Notes: generated by a model not told the origin, from the letters alone. DNA of 64,000 nt from Leidyana gryllorum EB-2025a (GCA_048772705.1 JBLWGC010000109.1:1-64000), one strand, 5' to 3'. Counted from the stretch's first letter, positions 12,626 to 24,896 are shown. A program made the numbers and translations.

Positions 12626-14463
12626 ATGAGTAAAGATGCCAAGAGCAAGCTATCGGCTTGGAGAGTGCCCCTCACCCTCGACAATTGGCGCTGGGCTTGT
12701 CAAGAAGCCCTTGCTATATCCCTGGCAGCTTTGCCTTCTCGCATTGAGCCCGTAGACACTTTCTTCGGAGGCAACGGACGATGGGTGGTGCCGGCTGCCT
12801 GTACAGTGATTGAGAAGACGGCAGGAGCCAGTACAATCCGTATGGTTGATCGGTATGTGTGTCACAAGGATGTGGACGGGTGGAGGTGATAAAGATTTGC
12901 AGTCTACTAGGGACGGTTATCGGAGGGTGTTATGTTGCACTCTGCTTCGTAATGACTATGGGGACGGGTTCTCACGGCACGAACCCGCACTGGATGATTG
13001 TCGCGAGTCTATGGTTTTTGGGAGTGGTGGCTGGATTGTTGGCAGGCTGGTTACGATTCCGATGGCCGCGTCACCCTGTGATTTCCGTGACAGCAGTGAC
13101 AACGATCCCTGTGCTTATGGGCACAGGTCTGAGTATGGGGAATCCGTTACATCGCTGCTTTTGGAGAGCGGTCTGTTTTGCTTGTGGCGTAATCATCTCA
13201 GGTTTCGTGACTCGATGGTTTCTTCCCCGCAAAGCGCGAACAGATATCATCGAAGCGTTGACACGTATAATCAATGAATTAGCTAGTGCTCTGGAGCCGC
13301 TGCTCGAATTGGAGAGCGGATTGATCGTTTCTACGTCATTCTTCGAGCCCAGCGGTGGATATCCCAAGGTGAATGCAGTTGCATGGCAAGCGTTTAAGAA
13401 GCAGATTTGGGCTCAATTAGAGAACTGCGGCCGACAAATATCAGGCCAGTTAGCGCTGATGAACGCAGCCAAGCGAGAAGTTTCTTGGCGGCAGACGCAA
13501 GCGTTCCAAGCCCAAACATATAGGAACTGCTTACAGCGGACGCGTACAGTTTTCTACCATGTGACCAGCCTCTTCACTCTTATAGAGCGTCAAATGGAGA
13601 GCTCCCCATCGCTGAGTCAGAAGAGTCTCCAGGAGGTACGTCTGTGTCTGTGTGTCCATTCTGGCCGTGTGATGCTTGGCTTTTCATTGTCTATCTATCT
13701 ATTTATCTATGTCGCTGTCCACTTGATTGGCCATACGTGATGTGTTCAGGAGATATTGAATTGGTCCAAGTATGGAGTGGTGTGGGTGGATCCTGACACA
13801 CAGCGTCGTCGTCGTTCCTCGGGTGTGTCTTCCGGCGGTTGTATCGCTGAGAAGGAGGAGACCGGCAAGTCAGGAAGTTCTCGCCTCCACTACCTTCAGA
13901 CCCCGAGTGAGCGTTACGCAGAGCGGTATGCGCCCACAATTGGTATCGTAATTCGTCACATCTGTGCCGCGCTACGTGATACAGCTCTTGGCTTGAGCGA
14001 AAGTCGTATATATGAGTCAGTTACGTGGAATATGTCCGCGGCCGGGCGCGCTATCGCCCACTTCCATCACCAAAGGGAGGAGCGAAGGCAGGCGCCGGCC
14101 GCTTACGTGGACTATGTGTTTGGAAAACGAGCGGATTCAGCCAAATTGGAGCGGAGCTTGGGGGTCAAGGTGAAGGATTACTGTAATTTGACTGAAGAAC
14201 AGCAGAAAGAGCATTGGGAGGTATATTGGGCTTTGCGGGATCGTTTGAGTGCAGTCGACAGCACCATGATGACCCTCTTTGTGGCGGTGTCCCAGGCAAT
14301 AGCCGCCACCGAAGCCCTCATTCAGTCGCGAATGCGGAAGATCCAACTCGGCCAGCCAATGATGCAGTCTATCGATGCAGATCGGTTGGAATTGGAACAG
14401 CAGATTGCCATCACGCAAGCCGGCGGCCACGCTACCCGCTACAATGTCGCGCAACTAAACTGA
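12626..14463 (+). CDS. ALMT / aromatic-acid-exporter (FUSC-like) membrane protein, 3 exons
   Basis: WVVPAACTVIEKTAGASTIRMVDR|LLGTVIGG matches the ALMT pattern W..V.V.E.T.GAT....NR..GT..G; about 6 TM helices followed by a long helical tail; intron 12853-12902. Confidence 0.7.
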
Positions 14464-14837
14464 ACTTCAAAGGTGATCTCAGTAACGCGAACCTCAACAC
14501 CAGCCACATATACTATATATAAACCAATATACTGGTTTTTTAATGAAGGGAAGAGACTACAAACAACAATCCGACCAACTGTCAGCAAAAGTCTGATATG
14601 GTATTGATCAGCAGTCGTCGATATTGATTTTGATGCTTCCACGCAGGAAGGGTCTTTGGGGGGACTCTTCATTGACCCTTTGTCGTCCATTTTGTGCGGT
14701 TTCTGCTGCCAACTGAACGCAATCGTGTCGGTAATCGACATTACGAATCCTCTGGAATAAACACTCGCGGCCATTCCAACGGATCCGGCATCATGAGGCC
14801 GCTGGTGGGTCTCACTCCTTAATGGGAACATTACCTT

Positions 14838-17010
14838 TCAAGCCTCAACCGCCAGAGGGGCATCCAGCAAGAGACCCAAATCCTCCAACACCAATCGGCT
14901 CGACTCATCGTCCTCCGGCTTCAGAACGGTTGCTCTGGTTCTCAAATCGCCCTCTTTCGCCTCTTCATCGTCCGGAGTGTCCTCGGAGTCCCCCAGAGGA
15001 TCTCCCATCCCGTCTTCACCGGACCCCCAAGAAATGCTCGGTGAGCCCATTGACCCAATAGAGTCCCCGCCCGATGAATAATTGTCCGTGTTCTCGAGCT
15101 CACTCTGGTGGTCCAGAGGGCTTCCACTCATTTCTCCTCCCATACCTCCACTCTGCGTCTCCCCGCTAATCTCTGGGCCGGACGACAGAGGTGTCCCCGT
15201 CTCTCTCTCCTCAGCATCCGCATAGTTCTGCTTCGGAAGTCTTCCTTCGTCATTCAACAGCAAATCGAAAGGACTCTCGCTGGCCTCGTCAACCACTTCT
15301 TTTGATCCATCGTCACCCGGCGCCTCGTTTTGTGGTGCAACGCCGTCGACGTCGTCCAAGAGAGCGGCCAGCAGCTGTTCCTGCTCCAGGTCTGCTGCGG
15401 ACTCCGGGTCAGCGGCAGGCCCCACATCGTGGGGAGTGACTAACTGCTCGATTGGAGGAGACACATCATCGGCAGGCGAGACACCGGCGACGGGCGGCAT
15501 ATCATCAAGGACAGGTTGCTCGTATACATTGTGCATCTGCGGTACGCCTGCTGAGTCGGACTCGGGCGGTGGATTGGTTGGCAGGGGTTCGAACATCTGG
15601 GGCTCTTCAGCCACGGGCTCTCCAATTCTGTCGGTCCCTTCGCCAATCGACTCGCCACTGTCGTCCTCGTTCAGCGGCGCTGCGCCAACGAGCCCCTCCG
15701 GGATGACTGTCTTCTCTAATGAGAGCTCTGTCTTATCTCCCCCTTCTCGCTCGGCACCAGTCTCCTGTGTAGTCTGCGCGGTGTCTTCACTGGGGATTGC
15801 AACGGTCTCGGCTTCCGTTGTCGACTCATCGGTTGCTGGAGGACGTGGTGCTTTGGACCTGACGTGAGCCGGTGGGCGGAGTAGAAGGCCAGAAGCAGCT
15901 GCTGCCGCGTCCGCCTGGCTGAATTGCGAGACTTCGAGTGTGTCCAGATAGCTGGCGAGCACTTCCACATAGAGCTCGCGAAGCCGGTCGCCCCAGGATC
16001 CAGAGCCCTTCTTCATCAACTGACGTGGGTACTGATCAATCTTGTTGATGGCCGCGGTGATATGTCTGGTGATAATTTGAGGGGGGTGCGTGAGCTCCAT
16101 GGACACAAACTTGGCCCTCAGATCGCCAAGAAGTTGTGGTATCTCTTTTGTGTCCACGTCATCGAGGAGTTCGATCTGACTTCTGCCACGCTTTTCACGG
16201 CGGGGCAAATCTTGGCATTGATGTACAAAGTATGCCAAAGTACGAACTCGCAGGCCATGTCCAACTGGCAAAGGGCTGCCTGGTTGGTCCACTTGGCTTG
16301 GAACGGGCTCTATCCCACTGTACATATCGAAATCGAACTGTCTGGTGGGCCCCGCCCATCCCCCCCAATACCCATCTGATCCTTCTTCGCGTGACTTTCC
16401 AAACCAACTTTGGGCAAGCGACGACTGTTCATTGTCACCCTTGCCGAGTGGCAGTTCCTCAAAAGTGTCGGAATCGAGAGCGGGTAGGACATGATCCCCC
16501 CAATATCGGTAGTAGCTGTTCCATCTACGAAGCAGTTGGCGCACACGATCTTGGTGGCTGCGTAAGCGGCGTACGCTCTCCGAGACGTCAGCGTTGAAAT
16601 GGGTTCCGAGATCTTTGATCGTCTGGAAAGCTGTGGCCACCATGCTGTCTGAACACATGTGAAGGGCATGAGCCGTTATTGGGTCGGCATGGAACTCCGC
16701 GCGTCCAACCAGCCCATTGGCCAGAGCGACACAAAGCGTTTGAGTCATCATATTTGTGACAGGATTGAAGTCCGGCTTGTGGAACTGGAGCAAGAATGTA
16801 CGTACGGCAAGAGTTGCAACATACCTCTTCGAGCAAGGCAGTGACTACGTCATTGGCGCCCAGTACCGCTGAGTTTCGTGACCTACGGTCGAGTCCATGA
16901 GGCGACAAGCCCTAAGACAACGAGTATCGATTCGCGGGAAGAGGATGAGCAAAACTCACCAAGGCCCTACTGCTGACGAGCAGTCCTAAGAGCACTTTGG
17001 AAGTGAGCAT
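14838..17010 (-). CDS. Secreted hypothetical protein with helical N-terminal half and long acidic disordered C-terminus
   Basis: Exon 1 MLTSKVLLGLLVSSRAL is signal-like; intron 16912-16959; short second exon, then the 651-codon ORF. Confidence 0.6.
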
Positions 17011-17323
17011 GGGGGTGCGATGCACCTTGACCGCCAGCTGTTGGATGGCGAATATGGCACGACGTGACCATCATTGGTGTGGCTACAGATCTGAGCATCT
17101 TCGACAGGTCAGATACTGCTTCGGTCGCAAGAAGTAAGACTGGAATTGGCGACCACACGTGTGTGTGGTGTGAGAACCGCTGGGTGGCGTTGTAAGTAGG
17201 ATCTGTGAACGGCTTTGGACTGGCTGCGTGGTTTATGACATCGAGAGCAGAGACTGTGTAAACCAAAAACCACGGTTTCATAGAGGTGAGTTCCTATCCA
17301 TTAAGGGAATAGGGGCCTGTTGA

Positions 17324-18285
17324 TTACCAACCACCAGCAGGGTTCCACTCGTCACCGGGCTGAGCCACGGCTTCGGGGTTGCCTTCCTCGGCGTCAGCTC
17401 CCTCACCCTCGGCGGCACCCTCAAGGCCTTCCTCGGTTCTCTCAACATCGACGGTCTCGCGGTGGAAGAACATGTCAGGCATGACATCCCATTGCTCGGC
17501 GCGGTTGATCTCACCACGGAGGTAGAGGACCTCACGGGCGAGGAGCCAGAACATGAGGCCAAGAGACTTGGCGCCCTTGTTGTTGCAGGGGATGGCAACA
17601 TCGACGTATCTGAGGGGAGAGTCGGTGTTGCAGAAAGCAATGACCGCGATGTTGGCGCGGGCGCACTCTCTGATGGCCTGGGCGTCGACGAGGGGATCGC
17701 TGATGATGACCACACGGGGCTCCATGAACCTGAGGTGGGAGAATTTGGACTGTATTGGCTGTGAACACTCACTTTTGGGTAATCTGGTTGGTCAGAGTGC
17801 CCGGGGTCCATCTGCCGGCAGCATGGGTGGCTCCGGTATAGTGGGCGAACTTGAGGACGGGACGGTTGGCGAAGGGGCGAGCACCGATAGCGCAAACGTC
17901 AGCGTGGTTGGGTACCGCGGCGATGATTCTGGCAGCGAGGCAGATCTTCTCGTAGGTGGCGGCAAGGTTGATGATGTGGTGACCTTCGGTGGTGCGGGTA
18001 TAGGTGTAATCCCTCATCTTGTCATCAACGTTCTTGGAGCCGATTTGACTCTGCAAAGGGAGAGGGATGTGATGGGCAAAGTACCATTGAGGACGAATTT
18101 CATTGCAGAGAGGCGAATTTAACAACACGCACAGGGTAGTCTTGCGTGTGTGATGGGGTTAGAGGCGAATATGCTCACTAACGACTGTAAAAATAATAGC
18201 TTACCTCACAGAGGAGCATCCGGCTAACAGCCGCCTCCACATCCTTGACAGGTGTCTGGTACTCTTTCTCTGCAACCGCAGCCAT
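17324..18285 (-). CDS. RPSA: 40S ribosomal protein SA (uS2)
   Basis: [61 protein letters not shown]; introns 18051-18204 and 17730-17772. Confidence 0.97.
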
Positions 18286-18402
18286 CCTCTGACCTTGGGA
18301 AAAAAAAGGGCGAATCAGTTTTACGGCGGGACAGAACCGCCGTTGTGGCTCCAAAAAAATATTTGGGGGATTCCAAACTCGGAGGAAGTCTCTAGGGGCA
18401 GC
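18286..18402. promoter_or_regulatory. Putative bidirectional promoter shared by RPSA and RPL7
   Basis: 117 nt between divergent ATGs, containing two A-tracts. Confidence 0.6.
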
Positions 18403-19200
18403 ATGTCAGCAGAAATCGCTCCAATGTCCGAAGGCGCGAAGCGCCGCCAGGAGCGCGACAACCGTCTGCTCGAAGAGAAGAAGGCAGCTATGACTGAGAA
18501 GCGCTCGATGGCCAAGAAAATAAGAGAGGAGTTGAAGGAACGCACCATCAAACGCATCGCCGAGAAGGAGCAAGCCGCCAAGGACGAGCTCGACCTCACC
18601 CGCAAGGCCCGCGCTGAGGGTGGCTTCTATAAGCCCGCTGACCCCAAGGTGGCTTTCGTCATCCGTCTGAAGGGGTAAGCAAGCAGCACTTCTCCACCTC
18701 ACAACACTTTTTCACCTTATTTCAGTGTAAACAAGATGGCACCCAAGCCTCGCAAGGTGTTCCAGCTGTTCCGTCTGCTTCAGATCCACAACGGCGTCTT
18801 CATCAAAATCAACAAGGCTACTCAGGCCATGTTGAAGTTGATCGAGCCCTTCGTCACCTACGGTTACCCCACCGAGAAGACCATCCGCGACCTTGTCTAC
18901 AAGCGCGGATACCTCCGTGTCGGCCCTGAGGGTGCCCGCCAGCGCGTCCGCCTCCAGGATAACGAGGCCATCTCCGCCAAGTTGGGCCACCTCGGTATCC
19001 ACGGTGCTGAGGATCTCATCCACGAGATCGCCACTGCCGGCCCCCACTTCAAGGAGGCCACCAACTTCCTGTGGACCTTCAAGCTCAAGCCTCCTCGTGG
19101 TGGATACATCTGCAAGAGACACGGTTTCGCTGAGTTCCGTAAGGGTGACTGGGGTAACCGCGAGAGCAAAATCAATGCTTTGGTCGCTAAGATGATCTAA
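18403..19200 (+). CDS. RPL7: 60S ribosomal protein L7 (uL30)
   Basis: PKVAFVIRLKG|VNKMAPKPRKVFQLFRLLQIHNGVF, EPFVTYGYP, EDLIHEI, NFLWTFKL, GNRE; intron 18675-18725. Confidence 0.97.
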
Positions 19201-19272
19201 GCGTCGACGCTAGGTGTCGTTTTTCTCGTTATACCATGCTTATCATTACGAACGCACATCTCTAGAGAGCTT

Positions 19273-19417
19273 GCCTTCCTACTTCCATAGATACTCATCC
19301 GCCGCCTCCGACGACATTGAAATCTGAGTACCTGAGTTACAGCACAGCCTTCCTACTTCCATAGATACTCATCCGCCTCCTCCGACGACGAAATCTGAAT
19401 ACCTGAGCAACAGCACA
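19273..19417. repeat. Tandem duplication of about 74 nt covering the FKBP terminal exon and its acceptor site
   Basis: gccttcctacttccatagatactcatccgcc..ccgacgac..gaaatctga..acctgag..acagcaca occurs twice. Confidence 0.9.
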
Positions 19418-19956
19418 CGTCTCCGGCCACACACGCCACAGCCAACAAACCAATACCTAGAAGCTGCACCCGATAAGTAACATGACCCTTGAGGTCGTGG
19501 TGATCAACGTCTGTCCAGTCACCAATGCACAGTCCCTCCACCGCCTATAATATATCAGACCACACTCGGCAACTGATAATCCACCGGAGGAGCACATCCA
19601 GGGGGGTCAGTCACATTTAGACACGCAGTGTAACTCTCATTCGTTCATCGTGTACGCATTAGCGAATGTCCTTACATCATTCACTTGGGGTATAGGATGA
19701 TCTCCGACCACGAAAGCGCGTTGGGCTTCAAAGATGGTGGGCATCCTTGCTCCGCCGGGTAACAATCGGGGGAGATACTCACGCCCCTCCCAGGTGTCTA
19801 GTACACACGAAAGGGTTCCCGAACAATGAAAGGTCCATATTTACCATCAATACTGGATTGCAGGGTTATAGCCACCCTGTCACCGATCCGTGCGCGTCTC
19901 ATACATTCATCTGCCAGTGCAATGGCGTTCAACACAAGCACTATTGACCACATCAT
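19353..19956 (-). CDS. Divergent secreted/ER FKBP-type peptidyl-prolyl isomerase-like protein, 4 exons
   Basis: Spliced translation MMWSIVLVLNAIALADECMRRARIGDRVAITL..AFVVGDHPIPQVND|AVEGLCIGD..VTYRVQLLG|IQ follows the ER FKBP pattern; introns 19798-19844, 19545-19675 and 19403-19456. Confidence 0.6.
19555..19651 (-). ncRNA. Candidate intronic box C/D snoRNA
   Basis: Lies within a 131-nt intron: C-like ACGATGA, D' CTGA, C'-like TGGATGT, D CTGA about 10 nt before the acceptor. Confidence 0.4.
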
Positions 19957-20033
19957 TGCGACCTAACGTTTTTTCAGTTCGTTTATGGGACAAAAAGCGC
20001 TCGAATTTTTTTTAGTGATTCAGGTGTGCCATC

Positions 20034-20549
20034 ATGTTCTTGCACTACAGACAACCCCTCAGTGGGCTGGTCGGAACTTTCGCTGTGGAGAGCGCCTCCA
20101 CCGTTAGCGAGCTGCGCACTCGTATCGCCGAGGCCGATGGTGAGTAATAAAATCAAAGTGACACAGAACAATGCGATCTCTCAACAGGTGTTCAAGCTGA
20201 GGACATCCATCTGTCCCTTGCGGGTCGCCCCGTAGCTGACGAGGACAACCTTGTTGCCATGCTTCAGGGTGCTGAGGACGCCGAGGTGGTTGCTGTTTTG
20301 GCTCTCGACGGTGGTGCCAAGGGTAAGAAGAAGAAGAAGAACTACACTACCCCCAAGCACGTTCCTCACAAGAGAAAGAAAGTAAAGCTTGCCGTGCTCA
20401 AGTACTACCGCATCGACTCTGATAAGATCGATAAGATCCGTATGACCTGTGTCAACAAGTCCTGCGGTCGCGGTGTCTTCATGGCCGCTCACCATAACCG
20501 CACTCACTGTGGCAAATGCGGTATCACCCTGCTCAAAGCAGACAACTGA
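20034..20549 (+). CDS. RPS27A: Ubiquitin-like domain / 40S ribosomal protein S27a (eS31) fusion
   Basis: [37 protein letters not shown]; divergent UBL ending in LDGG; intron 20140-20187. Confidence 0.95.
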
Positions 20550-22103
20550 TCGGTTTTTCATGTGCCTGCTTGGTGGCCACCAACTGTATTGCCAACCTCA
20601 AACTCAACACTTGAGGTCAATCACTTCATTACTCTGTGAGAGATCAAAGCCCTCACCTACCGTCTGCTGGAACGGGCGTTCTTCTTGCACGTACTCGCGA
20701 TCTGCAGCCCAGCAAAATGTCCTTTTTTGTTCCGACGGAACGAGCTTCCGTGTGGTACCGTCAGGAGGATGACGCTCGGCGGAGAACCGACTGGGCTCTA
20801 AGCTTCCGCTGCATTGTTTAGAGTAACCCACGCACTACATTCTGGTCCTGGACATACGGACTACTTTGGGGAGTTTCATCTCCTTCACCATATGTCCTAT
20901 CACAGTGCCGATCAGCTTATTCCGAGATACTTCGACAGCGAGGGCCGCCGCTGTCCACTGGCTCAACGTAGACAGCCAGTGGGCCTCTGACATAGCGTTT
21001 GCTTACAGTTTGTCATCAAGTTGGATTCGTGAGCGACGATGAAGGTAGTGTCGGAACGGGCAGCGTGTCTCCGTGTGGCAGCACACGTACCACACAGAAT
21101 GGGATGAACTTTTGATTCTGTTTTTTTGAGTACCACGGAAGATGTTGTTGCTGCAGAGCTGGAAGGTCCCTTCCTCTGGCCCAGGCAGGAGATCAATGGA
21201 GCTGGTTCCGTTTTCACTTTTCACTTTTCCTAGTCAAGTAGATACCGTTATTGTAGAGGCGGATAAATGCGCCCTGGGGGGCTGCGTTGGTGTAAAGGTC
21301 ACGCCCCTACCGCTGGTCCCATTGGTAGTGCATCGTTATTGACTGTGTTGGTGGCTGTGATGAGGATACCCAGCTGTTAAGAGAAGGGAGCCTGCAAATG
21401 TCAGCGGCGGAAAAAGGCGCGCAAGAAGCGCATTCCAGCAGTTGTCGCCATGTTGAAAAGGATGAACTTTTACTATAGCTTGACATGGCTTCACCTGCTC
21501 GCCCCACATGTCGTGTTCGGGGGTGTCGGTCGTGCTCGTACAGACCACAGCAGATGAAGAGTCCCAGTTCATGCCCGTTAAGCAACTTTCCCAAAGAGAT
21601 GGAGATGGTGAAGTCACAGTGTCTTCCGCAGTGGGCGCGAATGGGCTTTTCCTGCTGTGGAACCCTGGACCTGCACTAAAGGAAAAAAAAGGGAGGCGGG
21701 ATCACTGATCTATCGATTTGTTTGTGCGTTCCGGTGTCTCCCGGGTGTTTGCTGGAGTGTGTCATCAATCAACGGGCACCACATGGCCGATGAGAGGAGC
21801 AACATGTTTTTCATGTCCTGCAGCCACGAGCCACTTTCCCATCCTGACTGGGGCCCCTGGGGCTGCCGGAGGGACGGTGGTGGTTGTTTCTCGCGGAGGG
21901 CGAGCCACAGAATGGTGATCAGGACCACAAGCGTCTTTGCACTCGTCAGCTAGCACTGAGGGGGGTGTGAAGAGTGGATGAGAAGGCCCATCTCACCGCA
22001 TTGCGAAGGTCCAGATGCCACGAGGCAAGGCATATCGCAGTCGCACACAAAGGCAGCTGGCAACTGGACGTTTGCATAGTCGCCCACTGGGAGGATAATT
22101 GAT

Positions 22104-23995
22104 TCACAATGCCACTTTCCGTCTCCGCATCTTACCATCTCCGATCAACGACCCTCCGTCGGGTTCCTCAAACTCGATATCGTCGAAATCAGGGTTGTCT
22201 GGGGCACTACCAGATGTGTTGGGAAGTCCGGTCTTCTTGTCGACAGGCGAGACAGCGCCTCCCGCGCCGGGCGCTGCTGCCCCGGCTGAGCCGCCTGAAG
22301 CTTCTTTGTAAAGATTTTGTGCATCGCGATCCACTCCTTCATCACTGACATCGAAATCTGAGTCGAAGTCTGGACACTCGCGAGGGTACGGATGATTGTC
22401 GTTGTACGAGACATATCTGCCAACAGCTTTTAGCCACCGGAGGGTTTCCCTAAGCCTTACTGCGGGGGAACTTTCTTCATATTGATGTACAACGAGAACG
22501 AGCACAGTGGAGGGACAGCAACGGACATACAAGGCCCCTTAATGTCCTCTATCCAGAAGCCCGGACAGGCCACAAGTGTCAGAATGCAGTGAATGAAACA
22601 CATCGGAAAGGACATTGCCTCTCGCACGCCGATTGGAATCCAACACATGGGGAAGATCGAAGCACAATGCATCCCGAGGTACGACACTAAGGGAAGTTGA
22701 CGACGAGTCCCAGGTGATGGATGACTGGTTGGACTCACTGGCACATGCTTTGTAGAGCGCGTTGCTGGTTCTGCCCACTTTGGTGGCGAACTTTTCGGGG
22801 AAACTTGTGAGAATGCCTTTCATGATACCATCGGCTGTGCTCGCCAGCATAAAGTCGGCAATAGAAATGGGGTACAGTACAGAGAACAAACAATTGGGCC
22901 CCGTCAACATGGGCAGACAGGGGAGCGACCACATAATCCAACTGAGTTTGCAGCGAACTGCTCGTCGGGGAGGGAGATCTCCTCAAGTTGACTTACAAAG
23001 GGAAAGGGATCAAAGGTGGCACAATGTCAATGATGATCCCGACGATCGTCTGCACAACCGAGATTACGGACATGACAGCCATCATCTTCATCATGGTCGA
23101 GATGGGATTCGATGAGGAGCCGCCGCCACTTTGAGCCTTCTCAGCAACGCTCTGTGATAGAGGGAATGCCCATGGGTCTAAATGAGGGTCCTCGGCTCGG
23201 GAGGCGTACCATGAGCTGTTGACTGAGCCACTTTGACATGTCAAAGCCAAAGTTGAGCCTGAACGGCCCGCCCGGAAACGCTTGTGCGAGAGCGTCAGAG
23301 TCGACTGGGACTGCTGCCGCGCTCCCTCCGTCACAATGGGGCATCGTGGACTCTATCTCGCGGAGACTTTGAGCGAAACGGACCTGAGTCTCTTCGTTCA
23401 TGGTGCTCCGGACCAGTCTGTCGCCATCAAAGACAGTCAGTGACGCAACATAATTCGCTCACTCGGTATAGCCCTCCGTATCGAACCTGTCATCGAATAG
23501 TGCAATTGGATGACATTAGCTTTGTACTAACTGTTTGAAGAGATTGGCATATGTGAACTTAATGATTTGGGTCTTGAGAGTTTCTGTGTCATCGTGCGAT
23601 ACCCACTCGGGCTCCAGGGGATTACTGTCTGCCGAAATGGGCGCTTGGCAAACGGCTTTTAGAGCATTTGCAGTTTCCTGGAGCTGAGCTGTAAGAGTTT
23701 CTGGGTGCAAGTCATCAGGCGATAGGTTCTGGAAGAAGGGCTTCAATCTCTCGGCCAAACGAAACTGTGAGGCCGCTAAAGCGAGATCGCTACCCATGGA
23801 GCTGAACTCATGTTCAGGCGGGATGGTACAGGTGTCATTGGCCACATCGCCGTCCTCACCAATACCGAGTAGAAGGTGCTTGTTCAGAAGGCTCCAGTCT
23901 ACGGTTGGGATGTTGGGAGGAGTAAGCGGGGGGCCCGAGGGGATGGAAAGTCGACGACTAACTACTAGTGGTATAAGAGGGAGGAAGTGGAGCAT
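22104..23995 (-). CDS. Secreted multi-exon cysteine-rich protein with a Frizzled-CRD-like Cys pattern
   Basis: Signal-like MLHFLPLIPLVVS; hydrophobic segment MMAVMSVISVVQTIVGIIIDIVPP; YKAC..GMHCASIFPMC..FPMCFIHCILTLVACPGFW..GPC..PPLC. Confidence 0.6.
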
Positions 23996-24045
23996 TGACG
24001 ATTTTTTCGGGGTTTTGCACCCGTGAGGACGGGTGAGGCGGCACC

Positions 24046-24896
24046 ATGCAGTGTGACGAGACCATCTGGAGCGTCTGTGGCAAGGACTTTTGCTCCTTCA
24101 AGACCAAGTGAGTTTCACACTCCTCTCGCCCAGCACCTCATGCTTTCGCAGATTCAACGATGTCACTTTATGCCGAAACATCTATAATGTGACAGGCGAG
24201 TGCCGGCGTTCTACCTGCCCGTTGGCCAACTCCTACTATGGGACCATAATTGAGCGGAATGGTACTCCAATCCTTTATATCAAGACCATTGAGAGGGCTC
24301 ACACCCCGGCCAAGTTATGGGAGAAGATTCCTTTGAGTCTGGACACCGAGAAAGCCTTTGAGCAGATAGAGCTCAATATGCGCAATATCTATAAGGACAA
24401 ACAGATTGAGCGCTGCAAGAACCGATACTTACGTATCAAGGAGATTCTTGCGCGTCAACGGCAGTTGGCTCTCAAACCAGAGTGGGTCTCTCTTATCTTT
24501 GAGTGTCTCTTTGATACCACACGTGTGTGCGCAGAGTGGTCCGGGAGGTGGAAACCCGTAAGGTGGCACGGAGGGAAGCCAACAGAGAAGTCAAAGCGCT
24601 GAAAGCGGCAAAGATTCACGATTCTGTCAAGGAAGAGCTACTCGCCCGGCTGAAACAGGTAAGAGTTTGCAGCAGCGTATTTGGTTATTCGGGCACGCAC
24701 CCTGCAGGGCCACTACGGAACTATTTATAACTATCCTGCTCGGCAATTCAATGACTTATTGGACGACGAAGGGGAGGAGGAGATAAGTGAGGACGAGGAA
24801 GCCATCACAGAGGATGATGAGGAAGAGGATATGGGTGAAGAAGAAGAAGAGGAAGACTATGAGATAGACGATATTGAGGACTTGGACCTCGCTTAG
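24046..24896 (+). CDS. MAK16: MAK16 60S biogenesis factor, 4 exons
   Basis: MQCDETIWSV..FCSFK, LCRNIYNVTGEC.RSTCPLANS.YGT, LYIKTIERAHTPAKLWEKI, RREANREVKALKAA, YGTIYN, acidic tail. Confidence 0.95.

Noticed and set aside
14439-14831. 130-aa minus-strand ORF between convergent genes
   Set aside because: Overlaps likely 3' UTRs and has no motif support
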